Below the pieces are notes generated by a model. That model was not told the DNA's origin, searched no databases, and worked only from the letters and a program-made list of their open reading frames with translations. Of a DNA stretch of 64,000 nucleotides, positions 40,281 through 49,615 are shown piece after piece (within the stretch, counting starts at the first letter, position 1; the number at the start of each line of letters is the position of its first letter). This DNA is from an uncultured Thiomicrospira sp. (GTDB taxonomy: Bacteria; Pseudomonadota; Gammaproteobacteria; CAKMZV01), in assembly GCA_965195345.1 (NCBI GenBank), contig OZ239628.1, forward strand, positions 480,001 through 544,000. The letters are read 5' to 3'. The position numbers were made by a program, and so were the translations under genes.

Positions 40281-40724
40281 ATGCGAACAATTAATTATCA
40301 AGAAATAACGGAAATTTTGCCCCATCGCTATCCGATGCTATTGATTGACCGTGTGATTGATTATGAACCAAATGTATTTCTTCAAGCCATAAAGAATGTA
40401 ACGAATAACGAACCTCAGTTTATAGGGCATTTCCCCGATATGGCGGTTATGCCAGGTGTATTAATTTTGGAAGCAATGGCTCAGGCAACGGGTGTTTTTG
40501 CTCACGTATGTCATAGTCAGCTTCGAGAGAACCCTAAGAAAAAATACTATCTTGCTGCGGTTGATAAATGCCGTTTTAGATCATTGGTTGTCCCAGGAGA
40601 CACACTTGTGTTTGATGTGGTTAATAAGGGTAATCCCAAACGTGGGATATGGAAATTCATTGTTAAGGCAAGTGTTGATGAAAAAGAAGTGGCATCAGCC
40701 GAAATAATGTGTGCAGCTCGATAG
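40281..40724 (+). CDS. fabZ: 3-hydroxyacyl-ACP dehydratase
   Basis: LPHRYPMLLIDRV, GHFP..VMPGVLILEAMAQ. Confidence 0.97.
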   Translation: MRTINYQEITEILPHRYPMLLIDRVIDYEPNVFLQAIKNVTNNEPQFIGHFPDMAVMPGVLILEAMAQATGVFAHVCHSQLRENPKKKYYLAAVDKCRFRSLVVPGDTLVFDVVNKGNPKRGIWKFIVKASVDEKEVASAEIMCAAR

Positions 40725-40744
40725 AAGACAAAAGGTAAGTTCCG

Positions 40745-41527
40745 TTGAGTATTCATCCATCAGCTATTATCAGTACAAGCGCAGTTGTTGCTGCAGATGT
40801 GCAAATTGGTGCATATGCAGTTGTTGGTGATAATGTAACTCTTGGCGAAGGATGCGTATTAGAGCATCATGCGGTAATTAAAGCGAATTGTCGCATTGGA
40901 AAAAATAATCATTTTTTTCAATTTACCTCCATTGGTGAACAGTCACAAGATCTCAAATATAAAGGAGAAGAAACGTGGCTGGAAATAGGTGATGATAATG
41001 TTTTTCGAGAATTTTGTACAGTCAATCGCGGGACGGGCCATGATCGATCTCTGACAACGATCGGATCAAATAATTCTTTTTTGTCGTATACGCACATTGC
41101 CCATGATTGCATATTAGGAAATAATATAGTTATGTCCAATAATGCAACATTGGCAGGTCATGTTTATATTGGTGATCATGTGGTTTTTGGTGGTTTCTCT
41201 TCAGTGCATCAGTTTTGTAATATTGGAAACTACGCTATGATTGGCGCATACAGCTGGTGTACCCAAGACGTCCCTGCATTTGTGTTAGTTGCTAAGAATG
41301 GCGAGACGCATCCTGTAAGTATCAATACGGTTGGAATGAATCGGAAGAATTTTAGTGATAAAGAGATTGCAACTATACGAGAATGCTTCAAATTAGTATA
41401 CAGGAAAAAACTTCGTTTGGAAGAGGCGCTTGCTAAGATTGAAGCGATAATTACGCCAGAAACAGAAAAAAGCATTCGCATTTTTACTTCTTCAATAAAT
41501 CGATCGAAACGAGGACTTTTAAGATAA
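40745..41527 (+). CDS. lpxA: UDP-N-acetylglucosamine acyltransferase
   Basis: QDLKYKGE, HIAHDC, LAGHV, VHQF. Confidence 0.96.
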   Translation: MSIHPSAIISTSAVVAADVQIGAYAVVGDNVTLGEGCVLEHHAVIKANCRIGKNNHFFQFTSIGEQSQDLKYKGEETWLEIGDDNVFREFCTVNRGTGHDRSLTTIGSNNSFLSYTHIAHDCILGNNIVMSNNATLAGHVYIGDHVVFGGFSSVHQFCNIGNYAMIGAYSWCTQDVPAFVLVAKNGETHPVSINTVGMNRKNFSDKEIATIRECFKLVYRKKLRLEEALAKIEAIITPETEKSIRIFTSSINRSKRGLLR

Positions 41528-41624
41528 TTTGATTTTTTGATTGCCTTTTCGATTGAGTGCAACTAAAAGAATATCAGAAATTGTTATGTGTTTATATTCG
41601 ATTTTATCTAATTAGTGAGTATTA

Positions 41625-42800
41625 ATGATGCGTAGCAATCTCAAGATTGCCCTTGTTGCTGGGGAGTTATCAGGTGATATACTTGGGTCCGACTTAATAC
41701 TGCAAATTAAACAACGCTATCCACACGCTGAAATTATTGGTATTGGTGGCACTAAGATGGCTCAGGCAGGACAAAAGCAGTGGTACGATTATTCTGTTTT
41801 GTCGCTGATAGGGTTATTTGAAGTATTGAAGAGTTTAAATGCAATATTAAAATTACGTAAAAAACTGTATAAGCGTTTGCTTGCAGAATCCATCGATCTT
41901 TTTATTGGAATTGACGTTCCAGACTTTAATTTCCCACTTGAAAAGAACCTTAAAAAACAAGGTGTGAAAGTAGTGCATTACGTTAGTCCGTCGGTTTGGG
42001 CATGGAGAAAAGAACGAATCTATAAAATTGCTGATAGTTGTGATCATTTGCTTTGTTTATTTCCATTTGAACCATTCTATTATGCGGATACTGGACTGGA
42101 ATGTTCATTTGTAACGCACCCAATGGCAAAGCAAATTCCTATGGAACCCTTCCAGACAAATTTGATTGAAAAGAACCATCAACTGGACGCAAAAAATAAG
42201 AGTTGCGGAGTTAAGAGCATTGGAGTGCTTCCTGGATCTAGATTAGCTGAAGTGGAAAGAAATCTTCCAGTGCAATTGGCTACAATTCTTTGCTTAAAGA
42301 ATCAATATCAGAGCAATTTGAAGATCATGGTTCCAATAGCGAGCGAAGGCTTACGTGCTTCGGTTGAGCACATTATTGATAAGAAATTTGAATTTCTTAA
42401 AAACAGTATATATTTATTTGACAGTCAAGCTCGAGCAGTTATGCAAGCAAGTGATGTGTTGCTTTTAGCGTCAGGAACCATTGCACTTGAAGCCATGCTA
42501 CTAAAAAAACCAATGGTGGTTATGTACATAATAAACCCCTTAAGTGCTTGGCTTGTTGAACGTCGCTTACAAACCCCATGGGTATCTTTGCCTAATGCAT
42601 TAGCTGGTGAATTTATAGTGCCTGAATACTTACAGCGATTTGCTAAACCAACAAAAATGGCAAAAGAAATGCATCAGTTACTTACGGATGATGCAATAAG
42701 AGGCAAGCAAATTGAATCGTTCACGGAGACTCATCAATCACTAATTTCCAAGAAACAGGCGATTGATGTTATTTCGAAGATGCTAAACCCTAAGGAATGA
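41625..42800 (+). CDS. lpxB: Lipid A disaccharide synthase
   Basis: AGELSGD, DVPDFN, SPSVWAWR, LPGSR. Confidence 0.96.
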   Translation: MMRSNLKIALVAGELSGDILGSDLILQIKQRYPHAEIIGIGGTKMAQAGQKQWYDYSVLSLIGLFEVLKSLNAILKLRKKLYKRLLAESIDLFIGIDVPDFNFPLEKNLKKQGVKVVHYVSPSVWAWRKERIYKIADSCDHLLCLFPFEPFYYADTGLECSFVTHPMAKQIPMEPFQTNLIEKNHQLDAKNKSCGVKSIGVLPGSRLAEVERNLPVQLATILCLKNQYQSNLKIMVPIASEGLRASVEHIIDKKFEFLKNSIYLFDSQARAVMQASDVLLLASGTIALEAMLLKKPMVVMYIINPLSAWLVERRLQTPWVSLPNALAGEFIVPEYLQRFAKPTKMAKEMHQLLTDDAIRGKQIESFTETHQSLISKKQAIDVISKMLNPKE

Positions 42801-43381
42801 AAGTAATTGCTGGCGTTGATGAAGTAGGTAGGGGCTCTTTGTTTGGGAATGTTGTTGCAGCTGCTGTCGTTTTGCCTAAGGGTGCGGTAATTACAAACCT
42901 AAATGATTCGAAGAAACTAAGTCCAAATCAACGTACATTAGCAGCCAAAGTTATAAAAGAACAATCCAGCGATTACAGTATCGCTCAAGCATCAGCGGAA
43001 GAAATAGATCAGTTTAATATACATCAAGCAAGCTTACTGGCTATGAAAAGAGCGGTAGAAGGTCTGCAAATGAAAATTGACGAAGTATGGGTTGATGGAA
43101 AATACTGCCCCAATGTTAATTTTTTTGTTAAAGCTTTTATTCGTGGAGACGCTTTGCACTCTTGTATTTCAGCAGCTTCAATTCTCGCGAAAGTTGCGCG
43201 TGATCAACAATTATTGGAAATGGATAAATATTATCCTGAATATGGTTTTGCTCAACACAAAGGCTACCCAACCTTGAAACATATACAGGCAATAAAAAGT
43301 TATGGCTTGATTAAAGGTTATCGGACGAGCTATAAACCAGTTGCTGAGGTAATAAGCAAGAAGTACAATTGCTTTGACTGA
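42797..43381 (+). CDS. rnhB: Ribonuclease HII
   Basis: GVDEVGRG, DSKKL, AASILAKVARD, HKGYPT. Confidence 0.96.
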   Translation: MKVIAGVDEVGRGSLFGNVVAAAVVLPKGAVITNLNDSKKLSPNQRTLAAKVIKEQSSDYSIAQASAEEIDQFNIHQASLLAMKRAVEGLQMKIDEVWVDGKYCPNVNFFVKAFIRGDALHSCISAASILAKVARDQQLLEMDKYYPEYGFAQHKGYPTLKHIQAIKSYGLIKGYRTSYKPVAEVISKKYNCFD

Positions 43382-43661
43382 GATATTTCAAGTTTGTTCT
43401 GATTCTTTAAAACTGTACTGCATGCGGAAATATTGAGTTAATTATAACAATAAGCCACTTCTATTTCTTTTTTTAAGTATTTTGCAACAAAGATTATGTG
43501 CCCAGTTGTCTAATTATGTAAAAAGTTTAAAAAAAGCTTGATAAATAGATGTGAGTTTGTTGTAAAGAGCGAGTACAATACGCGTTTCGTTTTTTCTGCT
43601 GTTTGTTGATGTTCAAAATGGCAGTTTTTATTTGATGAACATCGTGAAGGACTGAAATTAT

Positions 43662-43928
43662 ATGAATATCTATGTAGGCAATTTGCCTTATCGTATCACT
43701 GAGAATGAACTTGAAGCTGCTTTTGGAGCCTATGGCGAAGTATCTAGTGTGAGTATTATCAGCGACAAAATTTCTGGCAGATCTAAAGGTTTTGGATTTG
43801 TTGAAATGCCTGTTAAAGGAGAAGCTGAAGCAGCTATAGCTGGATTGAATGAAAGTGATTTGCATGGCAGAAATGTCATGGTAAATGAAGCAAGACCTCG
43901 CGAGGAACGCCCTCGTAGACCCAGCTAA
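43662..43928 (+). CDS. Single-RRM RNA-binding protein
   Basis: RNP2 IYVGNL and RNP1 KGFGFVEM; VNEARPRE. Confidence 0.93.
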   Translation: MNIYVGNLPYRITENELEAAFGAYGEVSSVSIISDKISGRSKGFGFVEMPVKGEAEAAIAGLNESDLHGRNVMVNEARPREERPRRPS

Positions 43929-43950
43929 AACACCGAATCAATTGGTTTTT

Positions 43951-43983
43951 AAGTAATGGCTCTTTGAGCCATTACTTTTTTTT
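43951..43983 (+). terminator. Intrinsic terminator
   Basis: AAGTAATGGCTC-TTT-GAGCCATTACTT followed by a T-run. Confidence 0.9.
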
Positions 43984-44287
43984 GTCTGTTTTTTTGTTCA
44001 TATTCATCGTTCTAAAAAGACGCTTGACTACATACGAGCGCAGGCTTATCAGTCTTTTTCGAAAGAGTTTTTATTTTTTTAGTTGTCCCTATTTTGAGCA
44101 GTTTACCCTACAATAGAAGCACATTATGAATCTAACGTTTCTCATTTGACCTCTAAATTAGAAGATGGAAAAGGGTTGAAATATTCTGGTTTGGCAGGTT
44201 AGATATAGACTATAGTGCACAATAGAGTTTTTAAGAAAGAATATTACACATTCATGTATATGAAATTTCAATACCCAATGATGAGCT

Positions 44288-45310
44288 ATGGAAAAAGTTA
44301 AACCAACGAATTATGCTGATAGTGGGGTTGATATTGATGCTGGGAATAAACTGGTGGAAAATATTCGTCCCTTCATTAAAGCAACGCATCGAACAGAAGT
44401 ATTGGGTAATTTTGGAGGGTTTGGTAGCGCTTTTCGTTTGCCAAGCAACTATAAAAAACCAGTGCTCATTAGTGCAACCGATGGTGTGGGAACAAAGCTT
44501 CGTTTGGCAATTAGTAAGAAAAAGTATGGATCAATAGGCATTGATTTGGTAGCTATGTGTGCCAATGATTTGATTGTAAATGGCGCTGAACCACTTTTTT
44601 TCCTTGATTATTACGCATCTGGCAAACTTGATGTTGAAGTTGCCTCAAGTGTTATTGAAGGAATAGCGAAAGGATGTAGAGAAGCACAATGCGCATTAAT
44701 AGGGGGCGAAACGGCAGAAATGCCAGGTATCTATGCATCAGATGATTTTGATTTGGCAGGTTTTTGCGTAGGGATCGTTGAAGAGGACGAGATGATTACT
44801 GGATCGCTTGTCCAACAAGGAGATATACTGCTTGGATTGCCTTCAAGTGGTGTCCATTCAAATGGTTTTTCTTTGGTGCGTAGCATTATCAATCAAGTTG
44901 GTGAGGTTGATGAAGGAATAGTATCTGAGTTGCTTCTTCCTACTACAATTTATGTGAAGTCCATCCGTTCCTTGTTAAAGCAAGTGAGACCAAAATCTAT
45001 CTCCCACATTACCGGAGGGGGGTTGATTGAAAATATACCGCGGGTGCTGCCTAGTACAATGGCCGTAGAAATTGATATGCATGCATGGGAGAGACCTGCT
45101 ATTTTTAAATGGATACAGGAGAAAGGTCAAGTTGAAGAATTGGAAATGCGCCGAGTTTTCAATTGTGGCATTGGAATGGTTGTAATTATTGATCCAAATG
45201 ATTATGCCTTAGCTTTTGACACATTGCACGCTTGTGGGGAAAGTCCTGTTAAGATGGGCAAAGTTATTAAAAATACAAACCTTGATAGTCAAGTCCAATT
45301 TAATGGCTAA
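44288..45310 (+). CDS. purM: Phosphoribosylformylglycinamidine cyclo-ligase
   Basis: DGVGTK, GGETAEMP, HSNGFS, HITGGG. Confidence 0.97.
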   Translation: MEKVKPTNYADSGVDIDAGNKLVENIRPFIKATHRTEVLGNFGGFGSAFRLPSNYKKPVLISATDGVGTKLRLAISKKKYGSIGIDLVAMCANDLIVNGAEPLFFLDYYASGKLDVEVASSVIEGIAKGCREAQCALIGGETAEMPGIYASDDFDLAGFCVGIVEEDEMITGSLVQQGDILLGLPSSGVHSNGFSLVRSIINQVGEVDEGIVSELLLPTTIYVKSIRSLLKQVRPKSISHITGGGLIENIPRVLPSTMAVEIDMHAWERPAIFKWIQEKGQVEELEMRRVFNCGIGMVVIIDPNDYALAFDTLHACGESPVKMGKVIKNTNLDSQVQFNG

Positions 45311-45917
45311 TAATCGAATCGCCATTTTATTTTCTGGAAATGGTTCCAATATGCAAGCAATTGTTTCTGCTTGTCAAGACGGTTATTTAAATGCATCAGT
45401 GGTAAAATTGATTTGTAATAATCCTGATGCCAAAGGGATACAGTATGCTCTTCAACAGAAAATGGATTGCTCGGTTATTGATCATCGACAATGCAGTGAG
45501 CTTGCTGAGTTTGAAGAAAAAATAATTGATCTTCTTAAAGAATCTCAAGCTAATTGGATTGTTCTGGCCGGTTTTATGCGTGTTCTGTCTGCACGGTTCG
45601 TTCAATTATTCAGAGGTAGAATTGTTAATATTCATCCTTCATTGTTGCCACGCCACCCTGGACTGAACACCCATCAGAAAGTTATTGATTCTGGAGATAA
45701 GGAGCATGGAGCGAGCGTGCATTTTGTTACGGAGGGTGTTGACGAGGGTCCTCTAATAATGCAGGAAAAAATCACGGTGGACGTTGAAGACACAGTGCTA
45801 TCTTTGGCTGAAAAAGTGTTAGCAAGAGAACATTCTCTTTACATTCGGGCGCTAAAGCTTATTTTTGATCAATCTTTGAGAGCGGATAATGAAAATTCAT
45901 ATGAAAAGGTTAGTTAG
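45303..45917 (+). CDS. purN: Phosphoribosylglycinamide formyltransferase
   Basis: SGNGSN, LAGFMRVL, NIHPSLLP; ATG 45303. Confidence 0.96.
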   Translation: MANNRIAILFSGNGSNMQAIVSACQDGYLNASVVKLICNNPDAKGIQYALQQKMDCSVIDHRQCSELAEFEEKIIDLLKESQANWIVLAGFMRVLSARFVQLFRGRIVNIHPSLLPRHPGLNTHQKVIDSGDKEHGASVHFVTEGVDEGPLIMQEKITVDVEDTVLSLAEKVLAREHSLYIRALKLIFDQSLRADNENSYEKVS

Positions 45918-46587
45918 TCTCGCAATATTTTTTTTATCTTTCAATGCGCTTGCTGTCGACCTGAAACCATTTGAATATAAATACGAGCTTTCTTATGGAG
46001 AATTGACGCTGGGTCAGGGTACTTTAAAGCTTGAAAAAGAAAGCAATAACCTATGGAGATTTAGTTTTCGAGCAAAGTCAGAAGGTTTAGTTAGTTTGTT
46101 ATACGATGCTGATTTGCACGAAGAAAGTTGGGTTGAAGCTGATATCGATGGAAACTTGCGTAGCAAACGTTACCGCTTTAGAGTTGCTGGGGATGAAGAG
46201 TTAGATCACACAGTTTTTTTTAACTACTTGACTTTTGAAATACATAGAAAAGATGGTAAAGAAAAATGGAATTTTGAAGAGGAGGTTGCTGCCGATCGAC
46301 TATCGTTCCCTTTTATTATCGCTCATGAACTTGCAAACGGTCAGGACCTTAGAGAAACATATCTTATTGCAGGCTATCATCATTTTTGGAATGTATCCTT
46401 CTTGAATCTAGGTAAAGAGGAAGTGTCTCGCGGTAATGTTGTGTACCAAACGGTTCGCTTACAGGCTAAGGATGGCGAGGAGGAAATTGATATTTGGTTA
46501 GACCACGAAAATAATTTCACTCCTGTTGAAGTTAATTTTTATAGTGGCAAAGGCTGGGCATCGAAATATTATCTAGTGTCGCAGTAA
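45901..46587 (+). CDS. Exported DUF3108-like protein
   Basis: Signal peptide, LKPFEYKY, beta-rich, IWLD....P; position after purN. Confidence 0.6.
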   Translation: MKRLVSLAIFFLSFNALAVDLKPFEYKYELSYGELTLGQGTLKLEKESNNLWRFSFRAKSEGLVSLLYDADLHEESWVEADIDGNLRSKRYRFRVAGDEELDHTVFFNYLTFEIHRKDGKEKWNFEEEVAADRLSFPFIIAHELANGQDLRETYLIAGYHHFWNVSFLNLGKEEVSRGNVVYQTVRLQAKDGEEEIDIWLDHENNFTPVEVNFYSGKGWASKYYLVSQ

Positions 46588-46601
46588 TTCAACAAGAATA
46601 T

Positions 46602-47222
46602 ATGGAAGCTTATCAAAAAAGGGTTATGGCTTTGGCTGCAATGTATCAATGTGCACAGTTAGTTCACTCTATAGCAGTAAAAGGCGTTGCTAATCTGGAG
46701 GATTTTAAAGCAGTTAAATCATTATTGTTTGCTGCTAATAATGAATCTTTCAATGAAAACATGAAGAATATTTCTTCTTATCGTACGGGACTGCTTCAAC
46801 TTAGAAAACAATTGGCAGGAGAAGAAAGTGAAATTGAAAATCTTGAAGTTACTCGTTATGTGATCAGTTTGATTTCCTTGGAAAAAGTTTTTTCTAAAGA
46901 TTTTGACTTATTAGAACAAGTTGTTGGTAAGGTGGAGACAGTGCGTGAAGGAGCTCAAGAGAAGGATTTAGATGAAGTGATTGAGTCGTTAGCCGCAGTA
47001 TACACCGAAGGTATCAGTGCTTTGCAACCTCGCATTCGAGTAAAAGGGTCAAAAAACTTTCTTTCCAGCGGTAATAATGCAGCGCGTGTCCGTTGTATTT
47101 TATTGGCTGGATTACGTATAGCTATGTATTGGCGTTATGTTGGTGGTAGGCGTTGGCATTTGTTCTTTTTGCGTAAGCGTTATATATCGGTTTCAGAAGA
47201 TTTAATTCGTTCCTGCGCTTGA
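46602..47222 (+). CDS. hflD: High-frequency lysogenization protein HflD
   Basis: ALAAMYQ, PRIRVKG, RCILLAGLR..MYWRYVGGRRW. Confidence 0.88.
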   Translation: MEAYQKRVMALAAMYQCAQLVHSIAVKGVANLEDFKAVKSLLFAANNESFNENMKNISSYRTGLLQLRKQLAGEESEIENLEVTRYVISLISLEKVFSKDFDLLEQVVGKVETVREGAQEKDLDEVIESLAAVYTEGISALQPRIRVKGSKNFLSSGNNAARVRCILLAGLRIAMYWRYVGGRRWHLFFLRKRYISVSEDLIRSCA

Positions 47223-47292
47223 ATAGCTTTGGTTCTTTGCATGAATATTTATTTTAGATTAACTAAAGTTTTCTGATGAAGGTGCGAATAAT

Positions 47293-47805
47293 ATGAAATG
47301 GTTAATGGATAGATTGCTTACTCGGGATGAAGTCATGAACTCACAAGTTTACGCTCCAATCCGTTCATTTTTGCATCATAAGTATCTATGGAGCTGGCAG
47401 CGACGAAGCGTAGGAAGAGCATGCGTTATCGGTATAGTGGGAGCATTTACTCCATGGCCACTGCAGATGATTCAGTGTGCTGTGTTGGCAGTTGTTTTTA
47501 AAGCACATTTGCCTTTGTCTGTAGGTCTAGTTTGGATTACAAACCCTGTGACTATACCTATTTTTTTGGTTGTGGTATATTATACTGGCGCTACAATTTT
47601 AGGTAAATCACTTGATGTGTCTGGCTTTACGTGGTCAATTCACTGGTTTTATGAAAATATTGGTAATTTAGGACTGCCCATCTTGCTTGGGTGTGCTATC
47701 CATGCTGTTTTTTGGGGTTTTTTGTTGCGTGCATTTGTGTTAATGATTTGGAGAAGACGTATTTCGTCCAGATGGCTTAGGCGATCTATTCGAAAACCAT
47801 TGTGA
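47293..47805 (+). CDS. DUF2062 membrane protein
   Basis: LW..RRSV, PWPLQM, VWITNPVT. Confidence 0.85.
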   Translation: MKWLMDRLLTRDEVMNSQVYAPIRSFLHHKYLWSWQRRSVGRACVIGIVGAFTPWPLQMIQCAVLAVVFKAHLPLSVGLVWITNPVTIPIFLVVVYYTGATILGKSLDVSGFTWSIHWFYENIGNLGLPILLGCAIHAVFWGFLLRAFVLMIWRRRISSRWLRRSIRKPL

Positions 47806-47869
47806 AAAGCGATGCGATTTTTTAAACGATTGAGAAGAGCGCATCTCAACTATATACGGTTATAAAAAT

Positions 47870-48403
47870 ATGCAATTATTATTTGATTTGCTGCCTGTTA
47901 TTTTATTTTTTGTTGCTTATAAATTCAGTGGGATTTATACAGCAACGATTGTTGCTATCATTGCTTCAATTATCCAAGTTGTAATTAGTAGATTACGCAA
48001 TGGGAAGTTTGAAAATATGCAGATATTCACACTCATTATTCTCGTGGTGATGGGAGGGTTGACCATTGGTCTGCAGAACGAACAATTCATAAAATGGAAA
48101 CCAACATTGGTTAATTGGGGTTTTGCTATAGCCATTTATATTTTTACTATTGTGCAACGCAGACCCGCTATAGAAAAATTGATGGGTAAGAAAATACAAT
48201 TGCCAATTAACATTTGGTATCAACTAAATAATGCGTGGGCAATATTCTTTATTTTATTGGGTGCGTTAAATCTATGGGTTGCGTATCAGTTTTCTACAGA
48301 AACGTGGGTGAATTTCAAACTATTCGGATTGATGGGGATTACATTATTTTTTGTATTAATACAAGGCGTATATTTAAGTAAACATATGAAAACGGAGGAG
48401 TGA
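47870..48403 (+). CDS. yciB: Inner membrane protein YciB/IspZ
   Basis: FIKWKPT, WVNFKLFG. Confidence 0.93.
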   Translation: MQLLFDLLPVILFFVAYKFSGIYTATIVAIIASIIQVVISRLRNGKFENMQIFTLIILVVMGGLTIGLQNEQFIKWKPTLVNWGFAIAIYIFTIVQRRPAIEKLMGKKIQLPINIWYQLNNAWAIFFILLGALNLWVAYQFSTETWVNFKLFGLMGITLFFVLIQGVYLSKHMKTEE

Positions 48404-48407
48404 TAGG

Positions 48408-48716
48408 ATGCAATATTATTCAATTGTTGGTGAAGATGTCGAGAATAGTCTCGAACGCCGTCAGAAAGTTCGAGCAGCACATGTGAAACGTCTGCAAGAT
48501 CTTGTTTCGCAAAATCGCGTTTTAATCTCTGGTCCTAATCCTAATGAAAACGGAGATGGCTTTAGCGGTTCGGTGATGATTATCCAGTTTGAATCACTGC
48601 AGTCCGCCCAGAAGTGGATTGATGAGGACGTGTATACTTTGGCGAAAGTATACAAAAAAGTTACTGTTAAACCATACGCACCTTTATTTGGAAGCGCCGT
48701 GGCAAACTTGGATTGA
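48408..48716 (+). CDS. yciI: YciI family protein
   Basis: RAAHVKRL, SGP, GFSGS; follows yciB. Confidence 0.88.
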   Translation: MQYYSIVGEDVENSLERRQKVRAAHVKRLQDLVSQNRVLISGPNPNENGDGFSGSVMIIQFESLQSAQKWIDEDVYTLAKVYKKVTVKPYAPLFGSAVANLD

Positions 48717-48717
48717 G

Positions 48718-49203
48718 ATGTCTACAGCTATTCAACTGCTGTTAACAGGGGGGACGTTTGATAAAAACTATAATCCTTTAACGGGTGAACTTGTTTTTTA
48801 TAAAACGCATTTGCCAAAGCTTCTCGATCAAGTGAATTTTCAAGGAGATGTTCATTTACAAACGCTTTTTCTAAAGGATAGTGCTGAATTTAGCGAGGAT
48901 GATCGTAAGCTAATTATTGACACTATTTCATCGAGTAGTTACCAACGCATAATCGTTATTCATGGTACTGATACTATGTGTCAAAGTGCTGAAGCACTTG
49001 ATGTTTGCGATAAAACTATAATTTTTACAGGAGCGATGAAGCCTTGGAAATTAGGCAACAGCGATGCCGAATTTAATTTGGGAATGGCTATTGCGTTAAC
49101 TCAATGCTTGAAAACAGGTATCTATATCACAATGCAAGGGGAGTTTTGGAGTGCGGGAGACGTGTTAAAACATCCTAATAAAGGATTATTCATCGCGCGC
49201 TAA
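48718..49203 (+). CDS. Short asparaginase-domain protein
   Basis: TGGTFDK, HGTDTM, TGAM; N-terminal domain only; ATG 48718. Confidence 0.85.
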   Translation: MSTAIQLLLTGGTFDKNYNPLTGELVFYKTHLPKLLDQVNFQGDVHLQTLFLKDSAEFSEDDRKLIIDTISSSSYQRIIVIHGTDTMCQSAEALDVCDKTIIFTGAMKPWKLGNSDAEFNLGMAIALTQCLKTGIYITMQGEFWSAGDVLKHPNKGLFIAR

Positions 49204-49213
49204 TGTGATTAAA

Positions 49214-49429
49214 TCATTTATTTCGGTAAACTATACGACCCTTGGTTAGGTCGTAAGGGCTTATTTCCAAGCGCACTAAATCGCCATTGAGGATTCGAAT
49301 ATAGTGCTTGCGAATTTTTCCAGAAATGTGTGCATTGACAACATGACCATTCTCTAATTTAACACGAAAGGTAGTGTTTGGCAACGTTTCAATGACCGTC
49401 CCTTCCATTTCAATAACATCTTTAGACAT
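49214..49429 (-). CDS. infA: Translation initiation factor IF-1
   Basis: [24 protein letters not shown]. Confidence 0.98.
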   Translation of the reverse strand: MSKDVIEMEGTVIETLPNTTFRVKLENGHVVNAHISGKIRKHYIRILNGDLVRLEISPYDLTKGRIVYRNK

Positions 49430-49452
49430 AAATAACCGTAAAAAACTGAATT

Positions 49453-49486
49453 GCGCGGATTATACCTGCTATTTCTATTTAGTGAA
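49453..49486 (-). promoter_or_regulatory. Probable infA promoter
   Basis: Minus-strand TATAAT (49464-49459) followed by a CCGCGC discriminator; weak -35. Confidence 0.5.
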
Positions 49487-49615
49487 CAATTACGGATTTA
49501 AAATGTGAAAGTCTCTAAAGTTACTTGTTGAAAAGAGGGACGGTGGCGGTTTAATCGTTAAATGTATTTGAGCAGCTACTATATATAATGTATACTAAGG
49601 ATATAAGTTCTTGTA

